DNA of 64,000 nt from Mizuhopecten yessoensis (taxonomy: Eukaryota), in contig NW_018479907.1 of the NCBI RefSeq assembly GCF_002113885.1, positions 1 through 64,000 on the forward strand. The letters run 5' to 3'. The notes beneath the pieces were generated by a model. It did no database searches. It saw nothing but the letters and a program-made list of their open reading frames with translations, and was not told the origin of the DNA. A program made the translations under genes and the position numbers. This document shows, piece after piece, positions 61,020 through 64,000 of this stretch. Numbering within the stretch: position 1 is the stretch's first letter; every line of letters starts with the position of its first letter.

Positions 61020-64000
61020 AGACACAAACTCCTCTCCCAACAGCAACCGTGTTTTTTGTCACACCTCGAATCCGTCTCTCACCTAACGTGGGGTACATGT
61101 CTTATCCGTAATTCATCTATTTTTAAATCATGCCTATAAATACTAAAACAGGTTTCAACCGGATGTGTTGCTCAGGAACATTCAATAATCTTGAGCAAAA
61201 TAAGAAAAAGTAGAAGACGATAGATATATGTATTTCATATCCATAGACCAGTTCCTACTTGATTACAATGGCCCAGCAAGTCGAGACATGTTCAGGCGTG
61301 TGTTGGGCATTATCGTCAGCCATATTGAAAACCTATCTATTACGCATGTACTCAATCTATGTCTGTGCATAAAATTAATGATACAAAACATGTATTATAT
61401 CAAATAAAGGTTACCTTGTTCAAGCAAAATGTCTGCGGAATTAATCCATGACACATGTAGTTTTAAACCCACTAAATTTACCATAGAACATGTATATAAT
61501 CTATTATAGGTCATGACAGTATATTTACACATGTGTGCATACGGTACTGTATGCACACACCAGTAAAGACCTACCAGCCCCTTCAGCTTGAACAGTTACA
61601 TAATTAGACGCCAGTGTTGTTTTGGAACTTTCTTTAAAAACAATGGGGTGAGGGGGGAGACGAAAAGACAATAAACTTAATTGTATGCGACCTGTCTGGA
61701 CTTGTCCTTTCATGTTCAAACATTATGTATGTCCGACATAATTGTGTTATCGATATCTCATTATTCTTACTGTATGATCCATATTTGATATCAATTCACC
61801 ACTAAGTGAAGAAATATTATAATTTAAATATTCTTATCATAATAGCACCATGCCCTATGGTCTAAAATCGTATATGTGTATCTCAATTGTATGCACACCT
61901 ACACTACGAAGCAATAAATACCTGTGTGCTTTCAACCGGTAAGACACTGTGTATACATGCTTCGTTTTTATTAGCCATGTATCATAAATTCTGTCGGAGT
62001 TTTGCTTGTAATTGCATCAGTGATATCACTATGCATTTGTGTGAAAATGTTATGATGCCCGATTGTAAGTTTGATACAATGGTTGTTCTATTTTCTTGAG
62101 TTCTTGTGATAATTAGTGCTCTTGTAATAAACTAAAATATGAATTTTGACATGCTAAAAATAACACCAACGCCAATTCACAGCATGCGTAACATATCCCC
62201 TAGCACCCAGGACACCCGCTGTCACCTTGTATCATTGTGAAATTACTGTATTTTTATCAGGTCATCTGATAGTGTATATCTAATCAAGCACTACTCTAAA
62301 TATAATTCAGTAATGCGATGCTCTTTAGGTAAATGATCAGTTGATTTGCAATATTTGTTTATTTTTCATAATTGTCATTAGGGTGCATATTTCAATTATT
62401 ATGGTAACTTTATCGGGATTGTTATAATTGTTTTATATTTAACAAGTGTTGTATCATGAGATGAAGAAAAAGAAATAAAACAAATCAATGATTACTCCTT
62501 TTCTGTGATTGTGTATATCTGCTATTCTTCACGAAATAAAGATAACATGAATCAATATGGGATTGTAAAAAGTCAAATAAAAATGAGCCGTCTGGCCGTA
62601 ATTGCTGACTGTTTGTTCCTGGTGCCTGTGGTACATAATTCACATTGATATTAGACATGTAAAACTGATAGTCTAAAGACATGTCGTCAGAGACTAACAT
62701 TTAATGTTCAGGGTTCATTCCTATCCACTACTTATTGACAATTGACATATATCGATTACATCACTAGATAATTGACAGTTAGTAATTGCAAAAAATACGT
62801 TAATTCCCATTTGTTTAGGTGTTTGTATAGTTTATAGATCAGATGAATATTGTTACATAATTATTGAATATGATAAAAAGATGACACTCTAGAATAATAG
62901 CGACAGTGTGTATATGTTCTTTTATTTTAGTTGAAACTGATGATTCCTAGCGTATCTGTGAAGACATACTACATTGGTTAGATTATTTTCAGTGTATGCA
63001 TCTTAGAGCATTTTTTTTTTTTTTTTTTTCGATCATAAGGATAAACAAAAAGTGTGAAAATTGACTAACAAACCAAGTGTTCACTGTATACCATTTACAC
63101 GAGTTATACATACGGATTTACTTGTCTTCGTCTCTACCTGTATAGTTCGTGACAACCAGCACATCACACCTATCTCATATTTATGATATGGATACAAGAA
63201 AACGAATGTAATTTAAACATTTGGTTATTTAATGTGTTTCGTTGTAAAGCTATAGATTTACTACACTCACACTAAAACATTGCTGATAGGTAGAGAAACT
63301 GATTCCTCCAGCGTTTATACCAGCACTTATATGTTTAAAGTAAAGTTTGTATAGATATATGCACGGTGTTTATTCTATCGTCAAGATATAAGCATACATT
63401 TCAAGTGTCCAGCACACATCTACTTTTCTTTGTATTTCATTTAGCACAGTTGAAAGACACGGATATAGTTGCTCTCGTTTGTAGTACTGTTATTAGTGAC
63501 CACAAATGTGTTACCACGAACAGCTATTGCACATGGCTTGACCATTCCATCTGATGACGTCAGCAGTTCCCTGACGTGTGTCCCGTCCATAGAGATCTGA
63601 ACGACGTTGTGGGAATCAAACCCACACACGTAGATGTTACCCTCCATGTCCACGTCTATCCCCATAGCTCCTTTCACGACTCCAACATGTAACACATCCG
63701 TACGACGTGTGTCAGCCGACAGTCGAGATACCCCGACGTTTCCCTGTGTGATGTTATTGACACTGACAAGTGTGTCTCTTCTTTTGATATCATGAGTGAG
63801 GGACCGGCATGTGTTGCTATATTTGTATACCAACCCGGCTGCTCCGTCCTGTCTCAAACTGTATACTTCTCCTCCACCCGTACCAACGACCAACTTCCCG
63901 TCTTTATGTGCTATACCATAACAGTTTTTATCATTTAACACCTTGATTGTAGATGTCAGGGAGAGTTTTGAGGCCTTGACTTCTATGAGGTTAACACATC
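61020..64000. repeat. Recent tandem duplicate of about 56100-58715
   Basis: Collinear intergenic DNA plus near-identical 3'UTR and NHL exon of copies 7 and 8. Confidence 0.88.
63441..64000 (-). CDS. TRIM copy 8, NHL C-terminal part (5' part beyond the right edge)
   Basis: Open frame nearly identical to the copy 7 C-terminus. Confidence 0.9.
   Translation of the reverse strand, partial: CVNLIEVKASKLSLTSTIKVLNDKNCYGIAHKDGKLVVGTGGGEVYSLRQDGAAGLVYKYSNTCRSLTHDIKRRDTLVSVNNITQGNVGVSRLSADTRRTDVLHVGVVKGAMGIDVDMEGNIYVCGFDSHNVVQISMDGTHVRELLTSSDGMVKPCAIAVRGNTFVVTNNSTTNESNYIRVFQLC

Overview
AT-rich eukaryotic DNA, most likely from a bivalve mollusc or related invertebrate (inferred from gene and transposon content). 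The window holds a head-to-tail tandem array of at least 8 minus-strand RING-Bbox1-Bbox2-coiled-coil-NHL TRIM E3 ligase genes. Each has an intronless CDS of about 660 aa and a predicted non-coding first exon about 1 kb upstream. Copies 3 and 7 are complete and open. Copies 1 and 8 are open but cut by the window edges. Copy 5 is full length apart from one in-frame TGA, and copies 2, 4 and 6 are pseudogenes. The RING/B-box part is conserved, the NHL propeller is variable, and copies are mosaics of each other. The spacers contain two diverged relics of one Maverick/Polinton (adintovirus)-like module (small ORF plus single BIR/IAP domain, one next to a decayed ZnF-pPolB). They also contain a DIRS/Ngaro retroelement relic, two TTAA-flanked Kolobok-like elements carrying NF-kB-type motifs, and 27-bp and 48-bp satellites, including an inverted satellite pair of about 2.6 kb. 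No tRNA, rRNA or CRISPR array was seen. All family calls come from motif recognition by eye, not database searches; repeat and relic boundaries are approximate.
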